DNA from: an uncultured Saprospiraceae bacterium
GTDB taxonomy: Bacteria; Bacteroidota; Bacteroidia; Chitinophagales; Saprospiraceae
NCBI GenBank assembly: GCA_964449535.1
Contig: CAYUZA010000002.1
Location: 45,549-109,548, forward strand
Direction: 5' to 3'
DNA length: 64,000 nt
A program made the position numbers and the translations under genes. Below, in pieces: positions 33,686-43,394 of this stretch (the first letter of the stretch is position 1; each line of letters opens with the position of its first letter). The notes beneath the pieces were generated by a model that worked only from the letters and a program-made list of their open reading frames with translations, did not search any database and had not been told where the DNA came from.

Positions 33686-35353
33686 TTATTTTTGTAAGAG
33701 TTTTTGGTATTTGTCTGGCTGATTAAATAACTGTACGGCTGCTTTTACTTCTGGGTCTTCTTTTAAATTGTATTGAATTTTGCCTTTTTGATAGTGAATT
33801 CTGGTGATGATTTCCCGTTCAATTTCACGGACAAGCTCTTGTTTGTTTTTTTCCAATTCGCTTTTCAGGCTTCCACTTAACTTTTTCTCCAATCCTTTAA
33901 TGTCTGATTCAAGTGCTCCAAACATTTTATCTTTTTCAAGCGCCTCCTTCAAACGCACTAATTGTCGGCTTGATTCTGATTCAAATACGGGATTTTTTTT
34001 GTTTACAAACTGTACGAAATCTTCGTAATCTATAAATTTATAGTTGGCAGGGTCTAAATCCAGGTCTTTTCCTTTCAAATAAAGGTTTACAAACTGAAAC
34101 ACGTAATATTTTTCGAGAAGGAAGCGAGTAAAAGCAGATTTTTCAAGGGAAGAGACAGGTACATCAGGGGCAACTCCTCCACCATCCAAAACCTTTCTGC
34201 CGCCTTTAGTTTTAAATACTGCGCGAAGGCTGTCGGGTATTTGAACGGGTTCTCCATCCTTGTATTGCACACTTTGAATACAACGGCCGCTCGGTATATA
34301 ATATTTTGAAATAGTCACCTTAACGCGAGAGTTGTAGCCTACTTCACGGGTGTTTTGAACCAAACCTTTACCGTAAGACCGTTGCCCGATGAGCACCCCC
34401 CTGTCATAATCCTGCATAACACCACTAACTATTTCGGAGGCGGACGCAGACTTTCCGTTGATGAGAACTACCAGAGGAAGGTTTAGGTCCATCGGCGCTT
34501 GTCGGGTTTTGTAGACTTGATCCGCCTCCCGTACCTTGCCTCTTGTAAAAACAACGTCTTCACCCTGGGGTAGAAAAAGGTTTGAAATACTCACGGCTTC
34601 TGCCAAAAGACCCCCTCCATTGTCACGTAAATCTAGAACAAGACCTTTCATTTGAGGGTTTTTTTCTTTAAGCTCACGAAGGGCCTTGCCAATATTGGAC
34701 GAGGCGTTTTGTGTAAACGTAGTCAGATTAATATACCCTACGCCTTCAGCTACAAAGTCAGAATAAGGAACATTGGGAATTTCAATTTCGCTTCTTGTAA
34801 CCTCTACAGACTCTTTAGATCCATCGCTCAGGCGCTGAACAGTAAGGTTTACCGGAGTGTTGGGTGCACCTTGCATAAAGGTTCCGAAAGATTCTTTTGA
34901 AAGGCCTTTTACGGGTTTTCCATCTATTTCCAAAATACGATCACCCGCTTTTAAACCCGCTCTGAAGGCAGGGCTGTCTTTGTATGGTTCGATGATGGTA
35001 AAATCTCCATCAACCAAATCAATAGAGGTTCCAATACCAAAATATTGGCCGTCTTGCTGAAAACGGTAACGTTCTACTTGAGATTCGGCAATATAATTAG
35101 TATACGGGTCTAACGTTTGAAGCATGGCATCAATGCCAGTTTTCATTAGTTTACCCGGGTCAATTTCATCTACATAGTTTGCATTAACCTCTTTAAAAAC
35201 ATTCATGAACAATTCTATATTCTTGGAAATTTCGAAAAGCCGACCTCCGTTTTGCTGAACTGCGGCAAATGAAATAAGGGACACAGACACCACTAAAATC
35301 CAAACAAATGGTTTTTTAAAGAGACTAAAAACAGAGGAGAATAGATTTGACAT
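33686..35353 (-). CDS. S41 family C-terminal processing peptidase with PDZ domain
   Basis: PDZ (AGLKAGDRILEIDGKPV) and catalytic region (INGKSASASEI...GQRSYGKG). Confidence 0.85.
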   Translation of the reverse strand: MSNLFSSVFSLFKKPFVWILVVSVSLISFAAVQQNGGRLFEISKNIELFMNVFKEVNANYVDEIDPGKLMKTGIDAMLQTLDPYTNYIAESQVERYRFQQDGQYFGIGTSIDLVDGDFTIIEPYKDSPAFRAGLKAGDRILEIDGKPVKGLSKESFGTFMQGAPNTPVNLTVQRLSDGSKESVEVTRSEIEIPNVPYSDFVAEGVGYINLTTFTQNASSNIGKALRELKEKNPQMKGLVLDLRDNGGGLLAEAVSISNLFLPQGEDVVFTRGKVREADQVYKTRQAPMDLNLPLVVLINGKSASASEIVSGVMQDYDRGVLIGQRSYGKGLVQNTREVGYNSRVKVTISKYYIPSGRCIQSVQYKDGEPVQIPDSLRAVFKTKGGRKVLDGGGVAPDVPVSSLEKSAFTRFLLEKYYVFQFVNLYLKGKDLDLDPANYKFIDYEDFVQFVNKKNPVFESESSRQLVRLKEALEKDKMFGALESDIKGLEKKLSGSLKSELEKNKQELVREIEREIITRIHYQKGKIQYNLKEDPEVKAAVQLFNQPDKYQKLLQK

Positions 35354-35389
35354 AAGAACAAAGATGATTATAACGATAACATAACGCGA

Positions 35390-36157
35390 TTACTTACCTA
35401 AAAAGTTTATGACAGCATGGAATAATTCTTCCGGTTTTTCTGCGTGTACCCAATGTCCGGCTTCTTTAATTTCTACAAAATGCGCTTGAGGAAATTGACT
35501 GAGAATAATTGGCTTGTCTTCAGGAAGAAGATATTGAGAACGTTCACCGTAAATAAAAAGTGCAGGTTTGTCAAAAACGCCGGTAGCAGGGAGGCGGCCA
35601 ATAATAGAAGGATATGAAGATTGAATGATGGGTAAATTCATGCGCCACTTATAGCCCCCCAAGACTTTGTCATAGACGAGGTTCTTAAGTATAAATTGAA
35701 GTACATCGGGTTGATTGATGCGCAAGGTTAAAAAATCCTCTGCTTCTTTACGGCTGGTAATTTTGTCTAATGGTAGAGCTTCCATAGCCTCAAATATGGT
35801 TTCATGCCCACCAGGATAGCTTTTTGTAGCCATATCTACAACGACAAGTTTTTCAACTTGATCCGGATATTCAATAGCAAGTTGCATGGCTACTTTTCCA
35901 CCCATAGAGTGGCCCATAACATAAGCCTGATGTATCCATTGGTTTTCCATAAAGTAGTGGATATCTGCCGCCATGGATGGGTAATCCATTTCTGCAACGT
36001 GTGGAGATTGGCCATGATTTCGCAAGTCGGGAGTAAATGTGGAGTAATTTTCTCCAAACTTTCTACCTAAAGTGGCCCAATTATCTGCGTTTCCCAATAA
36101 GCCGTGTAGTATGATAAGTGGGTGACCCTGACCGTACTCTCTGAAAAACAAATCCAT
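35390..36157 (-). CDS. Alpha/beta-fold hydrolase
   Basis: LHGLLGN, nucleophile elbow GHSMGG, C-terminal AGHWVHAEKP. Start set at MDLFFREYGQ. Confidence 0.8.
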   Translation of the reverse strand: MDLFFREYGQGHPLIILHGLLGNADNWATLGRKFGENYSTFTPDLRNHGQSPHVAEMDYPSMAADIHYFMENQWIHQAYVMGHSMGGKVAMQLAIEYPDQVEKLVVVDMATKSYPGGHETIFEAMEALPLDKITSRKEAEDFLTLRINQPDVLQFILKNLVYDKVLGGYKWRMNLPIIQSSYPSIIGRLPATGVFDKPALFIYGERSQYLLPEDKPIILSQFPQAHFVEIKEAGHWVHAEKPEELFHAVINFLGK

Positions 36158-36323
36158 GAACACAAAAGGTTTTTTGTCAAAATATAAGAGCACAAAGTTA
36201 CCGATCTTACTGCCTAAAGTTACTTTGAATAAAAAAAAGAAGCAAAGTATTTGGAGTGACGTCTTTAAGTCTTACCTTTGTATTAAATATTGTTTTAATA
36301 CGAAAGGTCTTAAAATTCAGCTT

Positions 36324-37322
36324 ATGAAACACATGTTATACCTTTTTTCAACCATGCTTTTTTCATGTGTCGCGTTGGCACAGTCACAACCGGAGATGCG
36401 TTATGCTCAAGGAGACTTTGAGCCGCTGATTAATGCTACAGTACTTACCACCCCTGCAGGATCGGGTCAGTTTTGGGACGATGTATGTTATGATGTAGTA
36501 TTATCTTCTCCGGTATTTTTTAATGCATATAGTCTTGAGCTGAGGCAGATGAAAATTTGTTCTGACGGACAGATTACCCTAACCAATTTAGCTAAAACGC
36601 AAAGCTATATCTTGATGCCTTTCAGGGCAGAATACATTGACAAAAGGGTGGACGAGTCACTATTAGAAACATCAGACATATTGTATGAAACTAAAAACGG
36701 ATTCACAACCATAGAATTTAGAAATGTAGCATCTAGAGTAGAGTTTGGGTGGTACGGAAGTGTAAATTCAACTTTTACCTTTCAGGTGCGTATAGAGCAC
36801 GCAACGGGAAATGTTCGTTATTGGTACGGGGAATCGGACTATCAGTCTGCGCTATGGGATATTGTCATCAATACCAATGAGGTATCTGAAGCGGGCTTGA
36901 AAGTGAAGCCTAACGCATCGGAAACAGCTTGGTTTTTTACAGGGTCACGTAACAATGTAAATGTAGCCCAGGTGCTTAATTTCAATGGCAACAACTATCC
37001 GGCCAATCGCCTTAGGGAAATTCCGACAAATGGCTCTATTATCGAGTTTGTTTGGGAACCTAGTACGTCTGTAAAGCAAGAAGAATCAGCTTTAGATGCA
37101 AGGATATATCCAAACCCGTCTCGAGAGGGCTTCACACTTGAATTTGAAGGAGACAAAGCTGTCTTAGGGTTGAGCGATGTTCATGGTCGTGAAATTTGGA
37201 AAAAAGCAGGTGTTCAATCGGGTGATTTCATTCAGCCTCCGGCAATACCAGCCGGCACTTATATGGTTCGTGTCATGTCCAATAAAAAAGTGTCTTATCA
37301 CAAATGGGTAAAGAAGGATTAA
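36324..37322 (+). CDS. Secreted protein with T9SS type-A C-terminal sorting domain
   Basis: Signal peptide MKHMLYLFSTMLFSCVALAQ. C-terminus is RIYPNPSREGFTLEF...AGTYMVRVMS. Confidence 0.65.
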   Translation: MKHMLYLFSTMLFSCVALAQSQPEMRYAQGDFEPLINATVLTTPAGSGQFWDDVCYDVVLSSPVFFNAYSLELRQMKICSDGQITLTNLAKTQSYILMPFRAEYIDKRVDESLLETSDILYETKNGFTTIEFRNVASRVEFGWYGSVNSTFTFQVRIEHATGNVRYWYGESDYQSALWDIVINTNEVSEAGLKVKPNASETAWFFTGSRNNVNVAQVLNFNGNNYPANRLREIPTNGSIIEFVWEPSTSVKQEESALDARIYPNPSREGFTLEFEGDKAVLGLSDVHGREIWKKAGVQSGDFIQPPAIPAGTYMVRVMSNKKVSYHKWVKKD

Positions 37323-37403
37323 ATCAAGTCGAACCGTGTTTATAGCATGTGAATGAACCGCATTTCCAGACTAAGACTAAAAGAAGTTACTAATGGAAAT
37401 TTA

Positions 37404-37725
37404 GGCGTCCTTTGCGAGAACGGCTTACAAGTCATTGACGATTAAGTGTATTTTTTTTCTGACCTGCCCACTGAGTCTTTCAATTCATAAAGCGCAGAAA
37501 AAGAACAACATATAATTATCATAGTAAGCTAATCCTTTGCGGTTCTTTGCGAGGCAGCTTTGCGTTCTTTGGGAGAAAAGAGTACAAATCGTTTACGATT
37601 TTGAGTGTTTTATTTTTTCTGACTTGCCCACTGTGTCTTTCAATTCATAAAACGCAGAAAAAGAACAACACATAATTATCTTAGTAAGTTAATCCTTTGC
37701 GGTTCTTTGCGAGGCAGCTTTGCGT
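37404..37725. repeat. Tandem intergenic repeat, 160-bp period, about 2 copies
   Basis: Cores 37453-37565 and 37613-37725 differ at about 6 of 113 positions by manual alignment. Each carries three CTTTGCG heptamers and a TTTTTCTG...CAGAAAAA inverted pair. Confidence 0.9.
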
Positions 37726-37733
37726 AACTAACT

Positions 37734-38420
37734 TTAGACAAGTTTTAGGAAAGACTGGAGGTTTTTATTAGCGCCAAACAATACGAGCAAATCACCTTGC
37801 TCCAGCAATAAATCTGCGGAAGCAACGCCGTTAATTTGTTTTATAGTCTTTGTTTTCCCCAAAGCGCTCTTTATTTCCTTGTTTTTAATAACAGTGAGCA
37901 CTAAAATGTCATATTGAACACGCAAACCAATTTCACTAATGGTTTTTCCAATAAAATTATCGGGAACACTAGCCTCGATGATGCTATAGTTTTCATTCAA
38001 CTCAAACGAATCAACTACCTTATTTAGACAAAGCTTTTTGGCCCACCTTTCTGCCGTTTCCTCTTCTGGGTGCACGATTTCATCAACGCCCAGTGCCTGT
38101 AGTACCCTTTCATGAAGAGGGTTTATAGCCCGACTAATTAATCGCTTCACTTCCAGATTTTTGAATAGTGCCGTTGTCATAATGTTAGCACCCTGGTCTT
38201 CACCGATGGCAACTAAAACTACATCCGTGTCTTTCAATGGAAGGCCGCTGACAGTAAACTCATCCGTTGAGTCAAGACAAATGGTATGCGAGATTTTTTC
38301 TTTATGCGCTTCAACTTTGGCCATGCTGGAATCTACACCGATTACCTCATGTCCTTGCTCTGTCAGTTTTTGTGCCAGAGATGCACCAAAATTTCCCAGT
38401 CCGACGATTATATATTTCAT
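37734..38420 (-). CDS. trkA: Potassium uptake protein TrkA/KtrA (RCK, NAD-binding)
   Basis: MKYIIVGLGNFG Rossmann motif and RCK_C-like C-terminus. Adjacent to trkH. Confidence 0.85.
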   Translation of the reverse strand: MKYIIVGLGNFGASLAQKLTEQGHEVIGVDSSMAKVEAHKEKISHTICLDSTDEFTVSGLPLKDTDVVLVAIGEDQGANIMTTALFKNLEVKRLISRAINPLHERVLQALGVDEIVHPEEETAERWAKKLCLNKVVDSFELNENYSIIEASVPDNFIGKTISEIGLRVQYDILVLTVIKNKEIKSALGKTKTIKQINGVASADLLLEQGDLLVLFGANKNLQSFLKLV

Positions 38421-38425
38421 GCCTT

Positions 38426-40189
38426 CTAGTTTATAGTGATTTCTTCGTTTGGATATCGATAGTTTTTATATTTTACTTTCTTAAATACAGCAATGACCAG
38501 GGTCAACATACTTACCCTGCCTATAAACATTATAAAAACGAGAACGAGTTTGCTGCCGTAACTGAGTTTGCTGGTAATACCCAGACTTAATCCAACCGTA
38601 CTGTATGCAGAAAAGCTTTCAAAAGCGATTGACATCAAATCAAACTGAGCGTCGAAAAACGATATCAATAATGTTCCGGAACCAATTACAACAAAGGACA
38701 ACATCATAATTGCAAAAGCCCTCTTCACAGAAATATCGGCAATTTCCCGGCGATAAACCTCGATTCTAGATTTACCTTTCGCCAAACTTAATATATTTAA
38801 TAGGGCAATTGCGAATGTACTCGTTTTTATACCTCCTCCGGTCGACTGAGGAGAAGCACCAATCCACATAAGTATAATAACGAGAATTAAAGCAGGTGTA
38901 GTCATAGCGCTAGAATCTATAGAATTGAAACCAGCGGTCCTGGGTGTTGTTGCTCCAAATAATGCGGCAATTAATTTACCAAAACCGGTGTGTTCTGCTA
39001 AGGTGTTATTGTATTCAATGATATAGAAAAGCACAAAAGAGACAGCAGTAATGCTTAAAGTGGTTATGAGTGTAATTCGGCTGTTTAAATTAAGTACCCA
39101 AGGTTTAAACGAGAGCTTTTTGCGCGTTAAAGAAAACAGCCTAGTTGTTTTATACCTAAGGTAGGTAAGGACATTAACTACTATCGGAAACCCTAATCCC
39201 CCAAATACAAAGGTCAATATTATAACTACGTGCAAAAAATAGTTAAACCTAAACCCAGTCTCATACAAAGAATTGGTAAGCGTAGAAAAACCCGCATTAC
39301 AAAATGCTGATATAGCGTGAAAAGCAGCAAAGAACATTCTTTCTGACGGTGCTTCAATGCTGCTTGGGTCAAGGCTCACATATATTAAGACTGCTGCCAC
39401 CAGCTCAATTCCAAAAGTTATAAACAAAATATACTTCAATGTGGAAAAAACCTCACCAAGTTTCCTGGAGCTAGTCACATCGCTCAATACTAATTGCGTT
39501 TCGTATGTTGACCCTCCTCTAAAAAAATAACTGAAGTAGCTGGCAAAAGTCAAAATGCCCAAGCCTCCAATTTGAATTAATGCCATAATAACATACTGCC
39601 CAAATCTAGTAAAGTATGTCCCGGTGTCTACAACAGCGAGGCCTGTAACGCAAACAGCACTTGTAGAGGTAAATAAGGCATCTAAAAAAGACATTCCCGA
39701 TTTAGTAGCATTTGGTAGCATCAGGAGAAAGGCTCCCAGTATAATAATAACTAAAAAACTTACGATAAATAATTGAGCGGGTTGTAAAAAAGTCCTTTTA
39801 ACAGAAAGCTCGCGACTAAAAAACTCTCTGCCAAACCCCACCACAACTGCAACCTTTAACCAGTAGGGCTCTTTTAAAAAGGTTATTTGGTCAAACCATG
39901 AAAATCCGTGGAGCATCAACAGCCACAACATCAATAGCCCATAAATAAGATCAAATAAAAAAGCATTCCTCCAAAACAGGCTTTTGTCCAGGCCATAGCG
40001 TACAACGGTAGCAATAAATCCGGCGACAATGGAAATCAGGTAAAAATATTTAAATATAGAACCAGAGGTCGACGAATGAGGAAATCCCAAATCAAAAAAC
40101 AAGACAAAAAAACCTGTAAAAGCAACCCAAAACCCTAGGGTTAGGATAGTATACACTAATTGGTGGCTAGTTTTTTTATTTATGCTCAT
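38426..40189 (-). CDS. trkH: TrkH/KtrB-family potassium transporter
   Basis: Polytopic protein with repeated pore-loop motifs (IQIGGLGILTF, GGGIKTST, TVGLSLG). Confidence 0.85.
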   Translation of the reverse strand: MSINKKTSHQLVYTILTLGFWVAFTGFFVLFFDLGFPHSSTSGSIFKYFYLISIVAGFIATVVRYGLDKSLFWRNAFLFDLIYGLLMLWLLMLHGFSWFDQITFLKEPYWLKVAVVVGFGREFFSRELSVKRTFLQPAQLFIVSFLVIIILGAFLLMLPNATKSGMSFLDALFTSTSAVCVTGLAVVDTGTYFTRFGQYVIMALIQIGGLGILTFASYFSYFFRGGSTYETQLVLSDVTSSRKLGEVFSTLKYILFITFGIELVAAVLIYVSLDPSSIEAPSERMFFAAFHAISAFCNAGFSTLTNSLYETGFRFNYFLHVVIILTFVFGGLGFPIVVNVLTYLRYKTTRLFSLTRKKLSFKPWVLNLNSRITLITTLSITAVSFVLFYIIEYNNTLAEHTGFGKLIAALFGATTPRTAGFNSIDSSAMTTPALILVIILMWIGASPQSTGGGIKTSTFAIALLNILSLAKGKSRIEVYRREIADISVKRAFAIMMLSFVVIGSGTLLISFFDAQFDLMSIAFESFSAYSTVGLSLGITSKLSYGSKLVLVFIMFIGRVSMLTLVIAVFKKVKYKNYRYPNEEITIN

Positions 40190-40552
40190 GGCAGATCGCC
40201 TTACCTGGAATAATGGTTAAATGGGAAAGCAGCGGTTAAAAAAAAGCTACGGTATTACTTGCCTCAGCGCAAAGATACACCCGGTTTAACAAAATAATGA
40301 GTTGATATATTTAAGGAAAAACAGAGGTTATTATAGCTCAGCAATAATGCATGTTGTATTCGCGTACTTCCATCCAATATAAAACGGCACGATCTCTTGT
40401 GTGCTTGACCATCCGCTTAATCTGGTAACACGAAAAAACACAAACGATTATAGCTCATAGTAGGTTTGATACAATACAAGGAGAATTTCTACTCAATTGA
40501 TGAAACACTATTCATTTGTTTCTGTTTCTATTAGATTTATATCCCTTGACTT

Positions 40553-42997
40553 ATGAAACACGTTTTATTCTCGGCTTTTCTATTAATCACCACCAGCTTT
40601 GTATTAGCTCAAAACACGAGTGTGCTAATTGTTAACATCAAGGACAAAAACACACAGGAACCCCTTATTGGTGCAACGGTAGAGCTACCAACGCTCAATT
40701 TAGGCACTACATCTGACGTTGATGGAAAGGCCAGGCTGGAGGGAATTCCGGTCGGCAATCATAATATAGTGTTTAGCTATTTGGGTTACAAGACGGTGAC
40801 TCGCTTTAATCAAGTGTTTACTTCAGGCAACGCCGTGCTGCTAACCATAGATATGGAAGAAGATATTAGCACGCTAAAGGAAGTAAATGTTACTTCTACA
40901 AAAAGAAGTGCGACAAATGTGGCTGACATCATTACACCGCTATCTATACAAAGCCTAACGACCGACGAGATAAAGAGCAATCCCGGAGGAAATTTTGATG
41001 TGTCAAGGGTCATTCAAGTATTACCAGGGGTTGGATCTACCAGTGGCTCTGTCGGAGGCTATCGCAATGATATTATCATCAGAGGAGGGGCGCCCAATGA
41101 AAACGTATATTACTTAGACGGCATAGAAATACCGGTCATCAATCATTTTGCCACGCAAGGGAGTGCCGGAGGGCCCACTGGTATTCTTAATGTGAGTTTT
41201 TTGGAAGATGTTCGGCTTACATCTTCTGCTTTTGATGCGCGTTTTGACAATGCGCTAGCATCTGTTTTTGAATTCAAACAGCGCAACGGGAATCCTGAGC
41301 GCTTGCAAGGAAACGTAAGGTTGTCGGGTACGGAGTTAGCTTTAACCGGAGAAGGGCCTCTCGGAAAAAACACAACACTGTTGGCTTCTGCAAGGCGGTC
41401 ATACCTTCAGCTTTTGTTTAGCGCGCTCGATCTGCCTATAAGACCTAATTATTGGGATTTTCAGTTGAAGCTTACACACAAAATCGATGCCAAAACCACG
41501 TTGAATTTTATTGGAGTAGGCGCTATTGATGAATTTCGTTTTGGAACTCCAAGAAATACCAGTTTGGAGAAGGAGTATGTGTTAAATTCAAACCCTAATA
41601 TAAACCAATGGAACTACACGAACGGCGTGTCTCTCAAGCGTTTGGTAAAAAATGGTTTTTGGCAAGTGGCTTTGAGTCGCAGTATGTTTGATAACAATAT
41701 AGATCGATTTGAAAACAAACAAGAGGGCGTAGAGGAACTTCGTATTCTAGGGCTTCAATCGCAAGAAATTGAGAACAAGCTGCGATTTGACATGAACAAA
41801 TATTACAACGGGTGGAAGCTTAGCTATGGCGGTGTTGTTCAGTATGTAAAGGCAAACACGAACCTGTTCAACCGGATTCGAAAAGAAATCCGAGATGAAA
41901 ACAACAACATAATTCAGCCCCAAATCGCGATCCGCTACAACAGTCAAATAGATTTTTTCCGATATGGTGCATTTATTCAGACCAGCAAGGCCTTTCTAGA
42001 CGAGCGACTTGGTGTGGCATTGGGTGTACGTACTGATATGAATAGTTTTACGGACGATGGCAATAACCCATTGGAATCACTCTCGCCACGGGTATCCATA
42101 TCTTATGCTTTTATGCCCAATTTGCGCTTTAATGCCTCTGCAGGAGATTATTACAAGCTTCCAATTTATACCGTTTTAGGCTTCCGAGATGAGAATGGTG
42201 AGTTTGTAAACCGTGCTAACCGATACATTAGGTCTACGCATTACACTGCTGGTTGGGAATATCTACCTTCTAAAACCTGGCGCGTTACCCTAGAGGGTTT
42301 TTATAAAAACTACAGCCGCTACCCGGTCGCGGTAAGAGATGGGATTTCATTAGCGAATCAGGGGGGAGATTTTGGTTCAATTGGAAATGAACGAGTTGTA
42401 AGTTCTGGAGACGGTGTTACTTACGGAGCGGAATTTTTCTTACAGAAAAAATTCAATGGCCGTACTTACGGGGTACTATCCTACACGTTTGTACGCAGTG
42501 AGTTTTCGGGTGCTGATGGCAAGCTGATACCATCATCATGGGATAGCAGGCATCTTTTATCGGCTTTATTTGGGTGGAAACTAAATCGCGGTTGGGAACT
42601 GGGTCTAAAGTACCGCTATGCAGGAGGAGCGCCTTTTACGCCTTTTGATGAGGTTGCTTCTCAATTGAACTATGGGGTCTTTGGTGTAGGGCTTCTAGAT
42701 TTTACCAGGTTGAATAGCGAGCGATTGGCCCCATTTAGTCAGCTGGATATACGCATTGACAAAAAGTGGAATTTCAGCAAATGGACGTTGGATGTATATT
42801 TAGATGTAAGTAATGTGTTGGCGAGAGCCAATCCGGCTTTTCCGCAATATACTTTTGCCAGGAATGAGGACAACAGTGGATTTGCGACCACCAACGGACT
42901 CCCTTTGGCACCAGATGGCTCCAATGCCATTCCTGTAATCCTAAGCAACGACGATGCCCTGGTGTTGCCAACGATAGGGTTTATTGTGGAGTGGTAG
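40553..42997 (+). CDS. TonB-dependent outer-membrane receptor with CarboxypepD_reg N-terminal domain
   Basis: Signal peptide, carboxypeptidase-regulatory-like domain (VNIKDKNTQEPLIGATVEL...YLGYKT), plug (NVYYLDGIEI), barrel ending ...PTIGFIVEW. Confidence 0.85.
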   Translation: MKHVLFSAFLLITTSFVLAQNTSVLIVNIKDKNTQEPLIGATVELPTLNLGTTSDVDGKARLEGIPVGNHNIVFSYLGYKTVTRFNQVFTSGNAVLLTIDMEEDISTLKEVNVTSTKRSATNVADIITPLSIQSLTTDEIKSNPGGNFDVSRVIQVLPGVGSTSGSVGGYRNDIIIRGGAPNENVYYLDGIEIPVINHFATQGSAGGPTGILNVSFLEDVRLTSSAFDARFDNALASVFEFKQRNGNPERLQGNVRLSGTELALTGEGPLGKNTTLLASARRSYLQLLFSALDLPIRPNYWDFQLKLTHKIDAKTTLNFIGVGAIDEFRFGTPRNTSLEKEYVLNSNPNINQWNYTNGVSLKRLVKNGFWQVALSRSMFDNNIDRFENKQEGVEELRILGLQSQEIENKLRFDMNKYYNGWKLSYGGVVQYVKANTNLFNRIRKEIRDENNNIIQPQIAIRYNSQIDFFRYGAFIQTSKAFLDERLGVALGVRTDMNSFTDDGNNPLESLSPRVSISYAFMPNLRFNASAGDYYKLPIYTVLGFRDENGEFVNRANRYIRSTHYTAGWEYLPSKTWRVTLEGFYKNYSRYPVAVRDGISLANQGGDFGSIGNERVVSSGDGVTYGAEFFLQKKFNGRTYGVLSYTFVRSEFSGADGKLIPSSWDSRHLLSALFGWKLNRGWELGLKYRYAGGAPFTPFDEVASQLNYGVFGVGLLDFTRLNSERLAPFSQLDIRIDKKWNFSKWTLDVYLDVSNVLARANPAFPQYTFARNEDNSGFATTNGLPLAPDGSNAIPVILSNDDALVLPTIGFIVEW

Positions 42998-43013
42998 CAA
43001 TATGCCTTGAATC

Positions 43014-43368
43014 GTAAAGTCGTATCGTTGCAAATACTTTTTTAAACCATTAAGAAATTAAGAAACATTAAGCTTAGAGACAACGATTCTTAATCCCCTT
43101 AATGCCTTAATGGTTAAATTTTTTTCCCTTGATAACAATGCCGTAGACAACTAGAAACGTAATGCGGTGAAGTCGTCGTACTATCGTTAAGTCGTATCGT
43201 TGCAAATTGTTTTTTAAACCATTAAGAAATTAAGAAACATTAAGATGGGGACAACGATTCTTAATTTCCTTAATGCCTTAATGGTTAATATTTCTTTCCC
43301 TTGAGAACAATGCCGCAGACAATTAAAAACGTAAAGTCGTATCGTCGTACTATCGTATAGTCGTCCCA
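43014..43368. repeat. Tandem intergenic repeat, about 172-bp period, 2 copies plus a partial third, each with a long three-helix hairpin
   Basis: GTCGTATCGTTGCAAAT recurs at 43020 and 43192, with a related word at 43337. Hairpins lie at 43046-43116 and 43218-43287 (helices of 10, 6 and 6 bp built from ATTAAG/CTTAAT words). Confidence 0.9.
43046..43126 (+). terminator. Hairpin plus T7 tract downstream of the TonB receptor gene (first repeat unit)
   Basis: AACCATTAAG...CTTAATGGTT stem system followed by AAATTTTTTT. Confidence 0.45.
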
Positions 43369-43394
43369 TAGCACGCACCCTCTCTCAACCCAGC

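Noticed and set aside
40331-40457. Two TTATAGCTCA words in the trkH / TonB-receptor intergenic region resembling tRNA D-arms
   Set aside because: No acceptor stem, GGTAGAGC, anticodon arm or T-arm can be built around either word.
40190-40552. Possible c-di-AMP (ydaO-type) riboswitch upstream of trkH, and an M-box or other leader upstream of the P-type ATPase (16239-16558)
   Set aside because: I could not find the conserved ACGGGG/CCGA-type cores or M-box helices by eye. A covariance-model scan would be needed to call either one.
37404-43368. Whether the two tandem-repeat loci (37.4 kb and 43.0 kb) are CRISPR arrays
   Set aside because: There are only about 2 units each. The repeat units are 160-172 bp, with diverged rather than unique spacer-like parts. 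No cas genes are present.
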